A stretch of DNA of 64,000 nucleotides from positions 1,442,218 to 1,506,217 of the forward strand of contig CBDCFB010000001.1 of the NCBI GenBank assembly GCA_965216065.1. The letters run 5' to 3'. How positions within the stretch are numbered: position 1 is the stretch's first letter; each line of letters opens with the position of its first letter. Below the pieces are notes generated by a model that did not search any database, had not been told where the DNA came from, and saw only the letters and a list, made by a program, of their open reading frames with translations. The translations under genes and the position numbers were made by a program. The stretch is from Dehalococcoidia bacterium (GTDB taxonomy: Bacteria > Chloroflexota > Dehalococcoidia > Lucifugimonadales > UBA3495). Below, piece after piece: positions 63,804 to 64,000 of the stretch.

Positions 63804-64000
63804 CTAAAGCACCGCCGCGGCGATTTCCTCGATCTCCGCAATGGCCGCGTCGCCCTCGGTGTTGTTCAGCCATATGGTGATTCGGTCGGCGCCCGCGTCG
63901 GTCAACTCTTCGATCTCTTCGCGTGTGCGGAACTGGTTGCCAAAGCCGAACGCCATCACATCGATGGACCTGGGGTCGCGGCCCGCAGTCTCCGCCAGTT
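63804..64000 (-). CDS. C-terminal fragment of an LLM-class/F420-dependent-type oxidoreductase (gene starts beyond window end)
   Basis: The minus strand reads ...LAETAGRDPRSIDVMAFGFGNQFRTREEIEELTDAGADRITIWLNNTEGDAAIAEIEEIAAAVL*. The stop is TAG at 63806..63804. Confidence 0.55.
   Translation of the reverse strand, partial: LAETAGRDPRSIDVMAFGFGNQFRTREEIEELTDAGADRITIWLNNTEGDAAIAEIEEIAAAVL

Overview
High-GC bacterial chromosomal segment. The gene content and an Alternative Complex III suggest a Chloroflexota/SAR202-like marine heterotroph, but that lineage call is inference only. I support about 65 protein genes.

Gene content:
- Acyl-CoA metabolism: two acyl-CoA dehydrogenases, a crotonase and a CoA-transferase.
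- Catabolic enzymes: LLM monooxygenases, an HpaB-like oxygenase, two FAH proteins, NIPSNAP, two CMD proteins and an MBL hydrolase.
- A minus-strand arginine operon: argJ-argB-[MITE]-argD-[hicB-hicB-hicA]-argG-aminotransferase.
- Three MFS transporters, plus nadE and rsmG.
- A roughly 13-kb respiratory block. It holds Alternative Complex III (actA, split actB1/actB2, two consecutive NrfD-type subunits, actD, actE), then cytochrome c maturation genes (ccmH, ccmF, two unknowns, a tlpA/ccmG-like gene).
- No rRNA, tRNA or CRISPR array was recognised.

Signals the ORF track does not explain:
1. Two genes are split by an in-frame TGA at the first position of a UxxC redox motif, each with a SECIS-like hairpin just downstream. 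These are candidate selenoproteins: a small CC/Se- or HesB-like protein, and a PRX_like2 peroxiredoxin with W-U-P-Y-C.
2. Intergenic DNA is saturated with hairpin/MITE families that share CAGGG... termini and have locus-specific 10-bp target-site duplications. Twice they occur as A+B tandems with the target 10-mer present three times. One hairpin repeat is translated in frame inside nadE.
3. There are three toxin-antitoxin loci, and two have a disrupted toxin (hicA nonsense, higB frameshift).
4. A structured leader with ydaO/c-di-AMP-riboswitch-like motifs precedes a 51-codon ORF and a strong terminator.

All family assignments come from reading motifs by eye. No database search was run.
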